DNA of 64,000 nt, taken from contig OZ176059.1 of the NCBI GenBank assembly GCA_964247055.1, positions 2,604,001-2,668,000 of the forward strand. The letters run 5' to 3'. This document shows positions 1 to 13,257 of the stretch, piece after piece. Origin of the DNA: Paragordius varius. Taxonomy: Eukaryota; Animalia; Nematomorpha. Numbering within the stretch: the first letter of the stretch is position 1; every line of letters begins with the position of its first letter. The notes under the pieces are model-generated. The model was given only the letters and a program-made list of their open reading frames with translations, was not told the DNA's origin and did not search any database. The translations under genes and the position numbers were made by a program.

Positions 1-114
1 TCCAACTCAGTACAACTGCATTAATGATAAACAAACCGAACTTTAATATCATCTCTTATAATAATAATCTAAACAGATTATTTAAAATAATTTTTTTTTA
101 TACCGAAAAAATTA

Positions 115-2050
115 TTGAGTTTTTGGGGTAGCAATGGAAAAATATTAGACCATGAAATAGCTTATGACAAGCGATTTCATTTGCCGCAAAAATTTTTAAT
201 TGTTGACGACCTAGAATTTGAAATATGGAGAAAAAATGGACAAAAAGTGAAAATTAAGGATCAATACGGTTATTCAAAAATAATGATAAAACCTGATATA
301 TTATGGTTTATTATCATTTTATTTACAAATACAGAGGTTTTATTAGAACTGATCAAAAAAAGTGTTTTTTCCTTTAAAATACTTAAAATACAACAAAAAA
401 TTTATGAAACTATATTAAAATATTTTAATTATATATTAATTAAATTGACTATTAAGAGCTTCACATTTTAATTATTGAAATAAAATTAATAAAATATTGT
501 TTTTGTCCTTTGTGATCTGGTTTATGAGTGTATTAATTTACTGTTTAATTATAAAATCTTACATGAGCGGGAACTACAAAGTATCTAAATTAAAAAAGGG
601 ATTTGCAAGACGTAATATCAACCTAAATCCGTACAAATCCTAATAAAAATATTAATATGTCTTAAAAACAAACTTATTACTGGGATTTGTATCGATTTTA
701 GGATAATATTTCACTACTTGTTAATCCTTTTTTATTAATTTATATACCTTGTTTTTCCCGCTCATGTAAGATTTTAATATAAAACACTAAATTTATTATG
801 CACGCATAAACCAGATGACAAAGAACAAAAAACAATGATTTATTAATTATGTTATATAAAGTTATTTTTTAAATGTATATAATATGATTGTTAAAATTGT
901 AATAGTGAAACGCTTGTTATGGTTTTGTATATTTGTAATAACCTTGGTGTCAGCAATGAAGTGTCCTTCCTTGCAAACGTGTTCAGATAAACCTGAGGTG
1001 GGTTTATTAAGACGAATGTATTGAGAGTGTTTACGTAAACGAACGTCTCTACCTCTACCATTCTCCCTTCTATAGACGCTTTCAAATGAACATATGGCTT
1101 TGTAAATACCAGGTAGTTTGTTTTTGGGTGTAGGATCTTTGTTTTTGATTAAATTGATAAGTTTTGTCATGGGCTTATGTACTGTACGGATATTCAATCT
1201 ATTGAACACGTTTATGTGAAAGCGTCTTTATAGGTGAAAGTGGAAAAAGTACAGACGTTCGTTTACGTGAACACTCTCAATACATTCGCCTTAATAAACC
1301 CACCTCAGGTTTATCTGAACACGTTTGCAAGGAAGGACACTTCATTGCTGACACCAAGGTAATTACAAATGTAGAAAACCATAACAAGCGTCTCATACGC
1401 GAATCAATAGAAATTAAGAAATACAATGCATCACTTAATAGGGACGATGGCCTAATTTAATACAATAACAAAATAACTCTATATCAATTCATTGTAACTA
1501 TCACATAATCCATTACACTAATCAATATTTATGTCTTTTATATTTAAGGGTTATTGATTTTTTCCAGTATACAATAATTTTGATGTTACTGGTTTTTTCA
1601 TCAATTACCTATATCACACTATATAAGGCATCTTATTCCGTTATAATTCATTCACTTTTTATAAAGACCTTACAATAAAAGTCGAATTAAAATTTGTATT
1701 TTTATTATATACGCATTTTAGCTTAATTTTAAATAATTTGTTTTTATATAGTTTTATAAAAAATAATTTGTCAATTATGTTAAAGAAAAACCACGATTTT
1801 TGAGATTTAAATAAGAACCATACATATATGATTATAGGCTATTTATAAATTTTAAATATCTCATAAAATGATAATAAATCCTGCATTACAAATCCTTTTA
1901 TTTTTTTAATTATCCCTAATTTTTACTTTTTTTCGATTTTCTTTTAATATTTTAAAGGTCGTCGACAAATAAATAATTTTGCGGCAAAGGAATTTGCTGG
2001 TCGTAAGCTATATGAATTTTTGGTAAAAAAATGACCCTCTTTTTTTGCAC
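115..2050. mobile_element. Foldback/palindromic element (long inverted arms, centre near 660) interrupted by a Penelope-like insertion
   Basis: 484-530 (aattaataaaatattgtttttgtcctttgtgatctggtttatgagtg) is the inverted copy of about 800-850. The reverse complement of about 130-330 matches about 1870-2030 (ggtcgtcgacaaat...ttttgcggcaaa...gtcgtaagcta). An uninterrupted diverged partial copy lies at about 29160-29850. Boundaries approximate. Confidence 0.7.
895..1700. mobile_element. Penelope-like retroelement fragment (GIY-YIG endonuclease end) with inverted 5' segment
   Basis: Minus ORF 862..1209 reads KNKDPTPKNKLPGIYKAICS.ESVY...RLRKH..SGLSEH, typical of the PLE linker plus GIY-YIG. The plus strand from about 1216 reads CESVFIGESGKSTDVRLREHSQYIRLNKPTSGLSEHVCKEGH...RLIRESIEIKKYNASLNRDDG*, the C-terminal half with the typical RESIEI and LNRDDG motifs. 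Confidence 0.85.
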
Positions 2051-2356
2051 ACAGAGGGATATGCAATTATTATATTAAATAATATATATAATTTATATAT
2101 GTATAAGTCAATTTAAATTTAACTACTACTGTATAGTAATCTTTTAAACATATTATTTAGAGCAGCTATTCATTAAAATAAAAAGTTATATTATATACTA
2201 ATATGTACAATTCACCTTCATCATATAGTAATTGCTTGTTTAGTTTAGGTCAAATCCGTAAAAATTGATATACTTTTTTATATGGCATTGCGACTCACAA
2301 TGAAATCGCTGGGTGACATTTTATGTTGCAAATGTATAAATATATTTATAATTTAC

Positions 2357-5300
2357 CCATTATCGACATTTTCAAACCAAAATCTGTCGGAATCTCTGAT
2401 TCGTTCAAACTGTCCCCTTATGATAGTGTTAAAGAGTGTCCCTGGCCCTTTATTTGGATGACTTTCCAGCAAACCGCCCACATACATATCAATGTTATCC
2501 AAATCACCGTAAAGAATTTCAAGCATTTCAAATAACTGTACAAACGATTATATAAAATGCTACACAATGTATTGTATAACCTAAAATTCGATTGTGATCA
2601 GTTTTGTTCTTATTTTAAATAAACATATATATAATTAAATGACTATCTTAACTTAGATAAAAATTGAGCTTTGGCTTTGTAAATCATAGTTATTGAGGTA
2701 ATGCTATAATTTTATGAAAAATATTGACAAAGATTGAGCAAAAAATGTCAGGATTGGTTTTTGGAGTGTTACAATTACATAAACCTGTGATAAAAATATA
2801 TATATATATATACAGAAAGAAGAGGCGTTAATTATGAACAGTATTGTATTTAAAATTTAATTAAGCGTTTTTTTTTATAATATAAAATCTAATAACTTTA
2901 GGGTCCTGTTCTGCTAAAAATGGGTTTATATGAGTCCAGTTTTCTATGCGCGGCAATTTCAAGCCAGCTCTCACCGTATTATAATCAGCTATTCCATTGT
3001 CTCGACCACGCATGATATTCAACACGATAAGATCTTGACGCGTAAATTGGATTGGCCCAAAAACTCGATCTCTTACAATTCATAACAAAACATAAAAAAT
3101 ATAACTTTCTTTTCAGTCTAGCTCTATACACATTAGCCTGTAATACTTTTTAGATTCTCATAAATACCAAATTTTTTTACTCTAAATGTAAATCACCCTT
3201 TCTTTATTATACCAGAATTAAAAAATCGCAAATTTCAACATAATTACAATTCAGTGAATCCTATAAAGACAAACTCATTAGCTTAGGTTATCAGGCACTG
3301 TTATGAGTATTAAATATGGTTCTAGTTTGTTGTTTACGTTTAAGTAAAATATATCTTCCCACAAACGATTTATTTTGAGGGTATAGGAGTTATGGAGGCA
3401 AATAATTAATTTTTACATAATTATTTTAATTATTATCAATATCTTAATAATATTATGATACAACATATTTTTCCAGAAACCGATTTTATTTACAATATCA
3501 ATTATATATTTCAAAAAAAGGTCATGACGCGGGATAAGTTTTTTCCTCTCACCATTAGATTTATTATGGGGAGAGGTCAACTTTAAAGAACGTATATCAT
3601 CGAAAGCATATAAAATTATAAAAACTTATTCCATCATTTTTAATCATATATTGAAATTTCTGTAATGAAATGTTTATAAAAAAACCTCAAATCACTAACT
3701 AAGATATGGTCGTCACGTTCAGCCATTTGAGATGTCATACCCATTATAATGTGATCCAAACTGTAATTTGCTGTAATACCTTGGGCATCCCACCATGTAT
3801 TGCATAGTCTAATGGCCCGATACTCTTTGTTTGGTCCAAAACGTGTAAAGTTACATTTTTTGTCCCTGTTTGTGTTACAAAATTATTTAGATTTATATAA
3901 ATTAATTGGTTCTTATTGTCCAGCAACTGGTAAAACTTGGATCTAAATGATTGGAAATGCATATAGGACTGTAACTATGGCCTCTATTTAAATAACCGGT
4001 CAAGTGTTAACATATGTTTATATAATATGCTATTACTGTAAAATGAGGGAACGATGTTACTTTAAAATAATTTGGTCATATACATTGTATTGTGTCACGA
4101 ACGATTTGTCCAAAAGGGATTTCATATTGAATATTCGAAAATTGTATAAAAAAAATAAATATTATTGTTTGGATATACGAAACTAATATATTTTTAATAA
4201 CAGTAGCCTATTTAGATATATTGTAGTCACAAAAAATTTAAACATATAAACCTTAAAAAATTGTTATATGCTGCATTCATAAAATTGAAAAGCAAAAAGT
4301 AAAAATATTTTTTAAAAATTTGGAACCGCGGTTTTTTTAAACGGTAAACCCGATAATCCTTGTTATTTGTTCTCAATTCTCTTTTAACACACAAACTTTA
4401 TGAAAATAATAATTAACAAACGCTTAAAAATTATAAAATAAATTTTATGCCTTGCTATATTGGAATTTATTACAATTAGGGCATAAATATTTTTTGCAAA
4501 ATATGAATTTAATATCATAAATATACACCTTAAATACATTCCACTAGGTACCAAAGTGTGACCATATCTAAATGCGGCTGATTGGAATTCATGTGATACC
4601 CCAGGAAAAAGATCGGGTTTATAGCCCTTGTAAGGTGGCATAGGCTCGCCAAGTAAAGTTGGAACATATTCGTACATTATAATATTCTAATGTCACAAAT
4701 ACATTAAACTGTGGTAACAATTACATTAATTTTTTGGTATTATATATTGTGTTTTGTATAGTTTTGGGTTAAGCAAGATGTCATATATATAACCAAAAAT
4801 AAAATATATATTTTTCATCCACTAACTAAAATGTACAGATATACAAAATAATTTGTAGGATTTTAAATTTGATAAATTCTTTTGTCAATCCTTAAAGTTA
4901 GGATATTAACAAAATAATTTTTTATGAAAACAAACTTGCATCGTGGCTATAACCCATCGCCGAGTAGCTAAAAAGATATCCTCATCATACCATGTAGGAT
5001 GTTGTACCTGTATATTCTCGGCAATATAATTATGCCATCGTAAGAACAGTATAGAAAATATAAGTAATGGTGGATTTTCATTTATACGTGGATCCCCTAA
5101 AACTAAAATATAATATATAAATAGAGTAGTAAAAGAGCAGAAAAACTTAATAATATTAAAAAAACAAATTATGTAATACCAAAAGTTTGTTCGGGAGGAA
5201 TGATTGTTTTTTTATGAGGGGAATATATATTAAAAGTTGGTACGCCTTTAGTGTTCAGTGCTGGGTATTTGCCGCCTTGCGACGTTTGTAATATACCATT

Positions 5301-8280
5301 CTTCCAACCGCGTAACGATTGAAGCCAAACCAATTTTGTACTGTAAATAAAGGAACCATCTATCCAGCTAGTTACTTTATTCAACTGTGGAATATAAATT
5401 AAAAAATTATTTAAAAATGTTTTAAGTTCAAAAAATCTGGCATTTTTTACATCTACCAATAATTATTTTAAATATAGACACCTGTTCTCTAGGTCTATTG
5501 GGCGAATTGCCGGTGGTTTTATCATATTCGGCTCTGGAGAAAGGCATATTCATATCTTTACAATTTGTTTCATTCTCACACATACGGACAGGAATATTGT
5601 AAATTTCGATAGGACACGAATACTGATTTGTCATCATTAATTCATAAGCTACCACCTGCCCTAAATTAAACAATGTTATTCGCAAATACAAGGTTTGATT
5701 GTTTAAATCATAGTGTGCCTTTGACATAGAAAAAGTATTAAAATAGTTATTCCTAAATTCATGATAGGGGGATGGGTCTCTTAACAACATATGGAGCAAA
5801 AAACTAAGGCTCAATATTAACTAATTTAATAATCTTTTTTAGTGCAAAAGTATTACTATATTACATTTTAGTTATTATAAATGGGGTTTTATTCCGTTCT
5901 CTGCATTTATGATTAGCAATGAATGCAGGATGATATATATAATTGGGCATATAAATTATATTTTTCTCATTAAAAGGCATCTACTTAAAATAAACAATAA
6001 GTATCTTACCAAAAAAGGCAAATAAAGCAGTTAAATTCCGTTCATTTCGTAAACCATCCGAGCCCTCAAATATATGTCTGCTAACTCTTTGTGGGTTAGG
6101 TCTGTTAATGCCTGGCATTTGGTAAACCCCATCCTCATAAGCAGGTGGAGTTAGACGTAATAGTTTTGAATCTATATATTTTAATATACATATATAGAAT
6201 TCTGCTTATATTTTATCCAATTTATAACCGTAAATACAGTATGAGTAAAAATACAAGGCTAATTTATAATTAACATTTCCAGATGGCATTTAGAGTAAGA
6301 GTTATTTTTTGGATTAAAGTGGAAATATATATTGGTTTTTTGTGCACAAATTTTGAAATAATTCTCTTTACTGTACATGCTATCGTTTGGCAAAAATCAA
6401 AGAAAAACTAGGAATAGAATATGCATATTTTTTATATATAATGTATATAATATATGTATATATAACTTGCTGAACCCCACGATGGATGCATGAGATTATT
6501 GTACCATCCATCCAAACGCTGTATCATCCCATAATCAAAGCCATGCACACAATTGTATACTAAAAAAATATTGGGATGTTTTTAAAAAGAAAATTCATTT
6601 AATAATAATGTATGTGTTTAAGGCAATCAATCAAATTCACATGAAAACTAGATTGGCTTTAAGACAATCCCAAACATGTGGGACTACTAAATTAAAAGGA
6701 AATTTTTTTCTTTAGTTTTAAAGGCCCGACTATAGTGGAGCCAATTTTTTACCCCAATTAAGTCGGATTTTGTGTCAAAATAAGAACTTTAGAAAAATAG
6801 AGTCTCGGAAAATCGTGTGTCTTCAATACAGTTTTCCGGGAAACGTGTAACAATAATATTTTGTCGTATTTATCTTCTGCAATTAGCCCCTGGTTAAGCC
6901 GCTTTCTTCCATACAATAAACAATTTCGCAAAATAAATACCCCCCCCCCCCCCCCAAAAAAAAAATAAAGACGCCATATTTTATGAGACTACAACAAATT
7001 AATAGTGGTTTAATATATTCCCAGTATATAGGTAATAATTTAACCATGCGGCTTTTTTAATTGGCCGCCAAGTAAAGCTTTCATCTGTGTAAAATGCATA
7101 CCACTCCATAAAAATCTTTAAGTAAAACCATACAATCAATCATATCTTAGTATTTCCGTATAAAAGTCAAATCGGACGATTTTTCAAATAGCCCGCTGGA
7201 TAGGGTTCCCACTCTGTATAAAATATGCCAAATAGTAACGTGAATTTAACCTAATTTTCGCCCAGAAACCATATATTATCAATAAGGGGTTCTGATTATT
7301 TCCCAGATAAAAAATTTTATCCGAGTTTTTTCTTATATAAGCCGTTGGGTAGAGCTTTACCATGTGTAAAATAAACCACATGTAGAAATATATGGATTAA
7401 GTTATGACTTTATGGATTGTGAATAATGATTCTATTTAATGAAAATTTATTATAATAAATTTTTTTGGATCACACGACTTATCAATCAATTTATTAAAAT
7501 TCATTTTTAAAATTATTATATAAATTCTATAATTGTTCTTGCTATCTCAAATATAAAAGCAAAAATTCTGTCCCGCGCTGATTTCAGGGAAAGCTAAATA
7601 TTTCATAGATTTGATGAGCTTTAAAGTATGCCTTTTCAGAAATTTTAAAAGACCGATTTGAAAATGGTTTAGGTAATTTTTGTATGAAAGAAGCAAAAAT
7701 TTTAGACAAGTGCTTCCATTAACACCTGGTTAGATCCCGACCCTGTGTTGCAGTATAAATTAGATATATTAAAACCTTTTTTATAAACTAAGGACGATTT
7801 TTTTTGAACAAGGCAACCACATACTTTTTAAACCTTGCAGTTTTAAATAGCACATACAAAATATAATCAAGCTTTAATCCAACAGATGTTGGGTAGATTA
7901 ACCATACTTTAAATATGTTAAGATTCTTAAATAATATATTTTTATTTATTTAAAAATTTGTTTCTATAGAAAGCGTTTATTTTTAATATCCTACATCCAA
8001 ACTTGAAGAATCATTTAAAAAGTTTCCCAATCACCCATTATCTGTATAATATAATTTTACAATTCTAACTTTAAGAAAAGAGGTGTAGGGATTATTAATG
8101 TAAAACAAAAAATGCTAAATTAGGTAACCTTATATATTAGGCCTCTTTCCAATACCAAAATGTAGAATATCATGATATATATAACATATATATAAATCCA
8201 TTGAAATCGGAATAAAATATTATTAAATTAATTTATATACCCAGAATAGAGATCCAAATGTTAAGAATATAAGACATCAT
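2357..8280 (-). CDS. Duox: Dual oxidase, N-terminal 512 aa (signal peptide + peroxidase-homology domain); 3' part not seen in window
   Basis: Ten phase-consistent GT-AG exons: 8241-8280, 6467-6559, 6010-6171, 5482-5660, 5180-5384, 4936-5102, 4529-4686, 3686-3865, 2897-3071, 2357-2535. Translation: MMSYILNIWISILVYNCVHG-FDYGMIQRLDGWYNNLMHPSWGSA...FAFFGQVVAYE...PREQLNKVTSWIDGSFIYS...GDPRINENP...LRWHN...AAFRYGHT...MRGRDNG...QFERIRDSDRFWFEN. QRxDGWYNN and TxWIDGSFIY are DUOX signatures. Confidence 0.95.
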
Positions 8281-11200
8281 GCATATCCATCCATACAAAT
8301 CCATTGAATAAATTTGTTAAATGATATGATAATAATCGTTGATATAGGTTTTAATATGTTGAAAATTTTTGATATAACTCTATTGCTGTTTTATGATATA
8401 TGCGTATGTCCTCAAAATAATCATTGGGCGATGAATTGCATAATTTTTTTTGATACTAAACTATTTTTTTGCCGTTTATTTTAGTTGTAACTGCCAGCAA
8501 AGAACAAAATCCTGACACATTGGTACGTTCAATATAAAATCAGGTAAAAAATCAACAATTAGCCTATTTTCATAGAGATCCGACAACACTTTATTATCTT
8601 TCAAAGACATATTATATTTCTTGTGCGATTTTTATTGTCCTTCGTTGTATGTACTATGATAGCGTTTAAATTTGTAACATAAATATTGTTTATGTGACAT
8701 TTTCAAACAATTATATACATATATATATATATATATATTTATATATAAAAAGAAGAATAAAAGGATATGTAAAAAAATGCTTCTGGGGATTTTTAGCATT
8801 AACAAACATATAAATATTTTAACACTAAAATTGAGGTTATACAAATATTATTGAGCCTGTATGATTCCTAATTTCATATTGATTAGATTTTTGTTCCTTA
8901 ATATCACACAAAAAATAAACTGTCCCTGAATTTTGGGAGAAGTTAAACCTATTTAATTATAAGGATGAAGGTATTTTCATTATTAAAAAAGCGCTAATCA
9001 CTGGTGTGCCTTTTTGAACAATTGCGCTGAGATTTTATAGCGCATAAATGTTTCTTGGTTATTTGCTTATAAAAAACAAACTACTTTAAAATATTCTAAA
9101 AATTTAATTATGCAATTTTAATATATACACTGATCTTGTTAGACTACTATTTGTAATAATGCCCAAAATAGGATTAAATGTCTGATACAAAAGTTTTAAA
9201 TTCCCAAAATGTAGTAAATATCAGAAAATGCAAAAAACTTGACCAGAAATTGTACTCTAGTAATTGAAAAATTTTATCGATATTAATAAGAAAATATTAT
9301 TTTAATAAAATAAAAGTTTGTATTCGTTTTAAATGTGACGATCATGCTATACCTTGTGTATAGCCCCATCCCCTGTATAATAAAAGTTTCTATAAAAAAT
9401 CACAAACAATTGTTTGATGCTTTTTTATAGATTATTCCGATATAACTTTAGAAAACATTTTTCAATCACCTTTTCAAATTTGTTCCGGTGTAGTCCAACT
9501 CCCCTTTTACGAGCCGAATTTTAGATTTAAATAATCATTTCTTAATACTATTGCATTTGATAATTAGGGTGGACTTGCTTAGCCAACAAGCACAAGAGCC
9601 TTTTCAAAAGTAAGTCTTCTTCCATGGTGCCAAAGGGACTTACGTTCTAATAATTATTTTACGCTGTTATTGTAAAATTTATCAAATCTGACACTATAAC
9701 ACCATATGTAAAATCTTCATAATATTTTTATCCAACTCTGAAGCATTCAGGAAAGACCAGACTAGTTTTCATACAATTTAGTTAATTCATTAATCCTTGC
9801 TGATGTAATGGTTTATTTGTGGTGTAAAAACACCGTATATATATTAATTATAAAACAGGTTCAACAACATGAATGGTTTTGCGGGCCCCATTTTTGACTC
9901 AAAAAATCATACTTACTGGCCACATTCCCAAAATATATGGACAGTTCAATAATTAATATTTTATCACATTTTTATTTATTTTAACAATTTTCACTAATTT
10001 AGTGCCAAAATTCGAAAATATTTTTTCCGAAAAAAATAGTAAACTATTCACTTAAGATTAGTTAAAATTTTCATTTGAAACTCTTTTGCGGACTGCAAGA
10101 ATATTTTGGTAAGCCGCATGTGGCTTGCCGACCGCCTGTAAACCCCTGTTTTAAAAAAATAAAACCATTTCTCTCCATGTAACAGAATGCCTTTCTAAAA
10201 TCGAAATGATATTTTTCATAGTTTTTTGTACTGATTGATTTAATAAATATTGAATATCCCTAAATGAACTCTTAAATCATTTTAAAAAGGCTGGATTATT
10301 AAATCGGGGCTTTAATAATTAAAAAATATTTGCGTTGATACTACTTCGTTATTTTATGAAGTATTTTATAACAAAGAGCCATTTTATATAAAAAAATATC
10401 TTAGTGCCTAAAAGGTATTATGTTGCAAATTATGTCAATAATATCATAATAAAACTAACTTAACAATTTTTCCAAATTAATCTCTATGCAATTATCAGGA
10501 AATAAAAAAAAATGTTATATTGTGTGTATATTTTACATCATAATATCGAATATATTTATAAATACCGCCCATATATATATTCCGAATGCGGCCCAATCGA
10601 TGTATTGAGTCTAAAATGCCACCTGTGAAACCATTTGTGTTGGACCATCTTGTGTTAAATAATAAATTTTTAAACATAAAAACTTTCAAAACAGCAATTT
10701 ATTAATAGTTTAAGCTCTGGAATATAAGTGGAATCGTCTGCAAAAAAATGTGTTTTATTTGCATTTGGGATCTCACATTTTTCGGTTATTGCTTCAAAAC
10801 CAACATTCTAACTTTTTATTATAGATTGACCATAAGACCATAAGAAGATAAAATTATGGTTTATATTTTATAAGGTATGGTGGCATCGATAGTAACCATA
10901 TCACCATATATAATAACCTAGCCTTTAAGCTTTTTGGCTATATGAAACCATGTAGGAACAATAATGTTTTTGCGTTTTTTTATAAATTAATCACGATTAT
11001 CCCACCCAATCTTTTTGATTAGCTTCTGGTCTTCTATTAGGTCTACTATTATATAAATATCTTATACTTGCAGGAGTGTCCAACCGGCCCTCGCCTTTTA
11101 CTTCGGCTTGCAAATTTTAACTATAAATTAAATAAAAAATTGAATACATTTTACTGCGTTTTAACAAAATATATTTAATAATATTGTTTCATATTCTAAA

Positions 11201-12603
11201 ATAATTTATTAAGCAAACCAATTTATATTTTAAAACGCCATGATTCCCCTTAATTCAAATTATATTAATGAATGTGTTTTATGATTAAAAATGCGCTAAA
11301 GAAATATTTTGGTAAAAGCGTGAAATAATCAGTAAAGAAAATCTGCTAGTTGATGCATATCAACTAAAAATACTTATTTTTTAATTATTTGCCATGGCAA
11401 AAACAATTTGCCGCCTTCAAAAAAATCAGATGGTATTAGTAAGAAAAATTACCAGCTCCGCAACTTACATTGCTATATATTTGAGGCAAAATAATTCATA
11501 TTACAATATTATTAGTCTGATAATTATACTTTATATATAATGATACTTCTTGACGACTTAATATAGTTTTAATTGCATATGAACACGATTATAAGGTTTA
11601 CAACATATGGTGTTCCAATAATGATGGGAGAAAACGATAACTTATTTAATATCCAATGCAAATTAGGTCGTTATAAAAGAAAAGTTTTTACGAAAACAAA
11701 CTATCAGGGTTAAAAATTTATAAAAATCATATATTTAATTTAAGTAATTTTTATTAAATTAGAAAGAAATATTAAATTTATATACTGAAAATAAGATCAA
11801 AATTGTTATTTGGTTTATAAAAATTGATTTATTGCTACGCATGACAGCTATTTTTTGAAGTGGGGCCCAGAAGTTATTCGTTGGACTATTTCGATTTATA
11901 AATATACCACCTTAATTTTTTGTGCCAAGAGGTACCATAAAAAGTAACTTTAAAAATTTTAGGCAAATAAAATTGGATTGGACTTTAAATAAAAAATAAT
12001 TTGCTAAAATATTATATGGTGATGTGTTGTATTTTTTATATGAAAATTTTTATCCTGCGGCTTAACTAAAATTTATGCCTGAGTGATAAAAACCATATTA
12101 GATTCATATAAACGTTTTTTAAAAATTTACTTAAAATAATTGTTGCTTTTATCATGGGAACACCTAACGCTACTATTGATTTAATTCAAAATGTTATTTT
12201 TGGGGCCTTGGTATTTTTGCAAAAAAATGTTATTTTGCGGGAAAGGTTCTGGTAATAAATATTACCATTGAAATAGCCACACACGTTTTACCAAAAATTG
12301 TATAAATCTTCGTTTTTCAGGACCATGATCTTTTAAAAAATAACTTTTCACATGGGGTGCAACCTAACTGAAGGTTTACCTTAACTGGCAACGCATTTAA
12401 ATGGATTATAAATATGCCTATTAGCGGAAAATTGTTTCAAGACATTTAATATTAAAATCAACAACGATTAATTTATTCAAGAACTATATTATATAAATAT
12501 AATACATAAATAAAAAATAACAATTAACAAACGAAAAAAAACAATGCATTTTTCGATAGGATCACAAAAGTAATATTAGTATTGAACGACTGCCAATACT
12601 TTT

Positions 12604-13039
12604 TCATTGTTTCAATATTTTATCCAATACTTTATATTGAACTTCATTTAATGAGGTAGCTTGAATTTCCAAAAATATAGTATTCAAAGCTTTTTTGAAA
12701 GTATCGTTGCCAGAAGTATAAGCAATTTTTTTACGATTATCAGATGTGTCCGGACACCAAAGATAGTACACTACTTTTCGATTAGCTTGTTTCGTACTAG
12801 GGTTAACATAATCAAAATTCACCACTGCATACCTACAATCTTTGTTAGTTTGGACATCTGTCAAATCTTGTACAAAATCTTCGTATTTAGCGGTTGGTGC
12901 CGCTTTTTTCATCACTACAATCTTGCCATTGGTTATGCCATAAAGAACATATTTGTATAGTAATTCATTTGCAAATTCTTTGTAATTCATTTGCAAATTC
13001 TTTGTATACAACTAGGCTATCTTGATCAATGGTTGTCAT
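12604..13039 (-). pseudogene. Intronless ADF/cofilin; frameshifted by a 22-bp tandem duplication (pseudogene allele or assembly artefact)
   Basis: ATG at 13037-13039. Removing one copy of the repeat at 12961-13004 gives a 137-aa ORF MTTIDQDSLVVYKEFANELLYKYVLYGIT...KYEDFVQDL...DCRYAVVNFDY...KVVYYLWCPDTSDNRKKIAYTSGNDTFKKAL..IQAT, a typical ADF-H motif series. As written, the frame from the ATG stops after ELQRICK*. Confidence 0.85.
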
Positions 13040-13257
13040 TTCGACGAATAAATATTTTGGCAAAAAAAATATAGGTATAACAAATTGACCAATGTTTGCC
13101 TATATATATGGAAAAAAAGACAGCTAATTGCCTAATTGTTTAACATTACTTAAATTTAAAGGCTCGTATAGTGTAAAAAACATTTAATGTACAAATAAGG
13201 AAAACAATAAAAAAAATCATACAAGGCTACAATACAAACGGTCATATTATTTAAATC

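Noticed and set aside
115-471. 118-aa plus-strand ORF
   Set aside because: It lies in the left arm of the foldback repeat; the homologous arms are not open and I recognise no protein motif.
8632-8844. Short ORFs containing YIYIYI runs (also 18871-19095 and 22160-22378)
   Set aside because: Produced by (TA)n microsatellites and AT-rich background.
9420-9800. Slightly GC-richer segment that looked like a decayed coding region
   Set aside because: No frame gave a motif I could assign; left unannotated.
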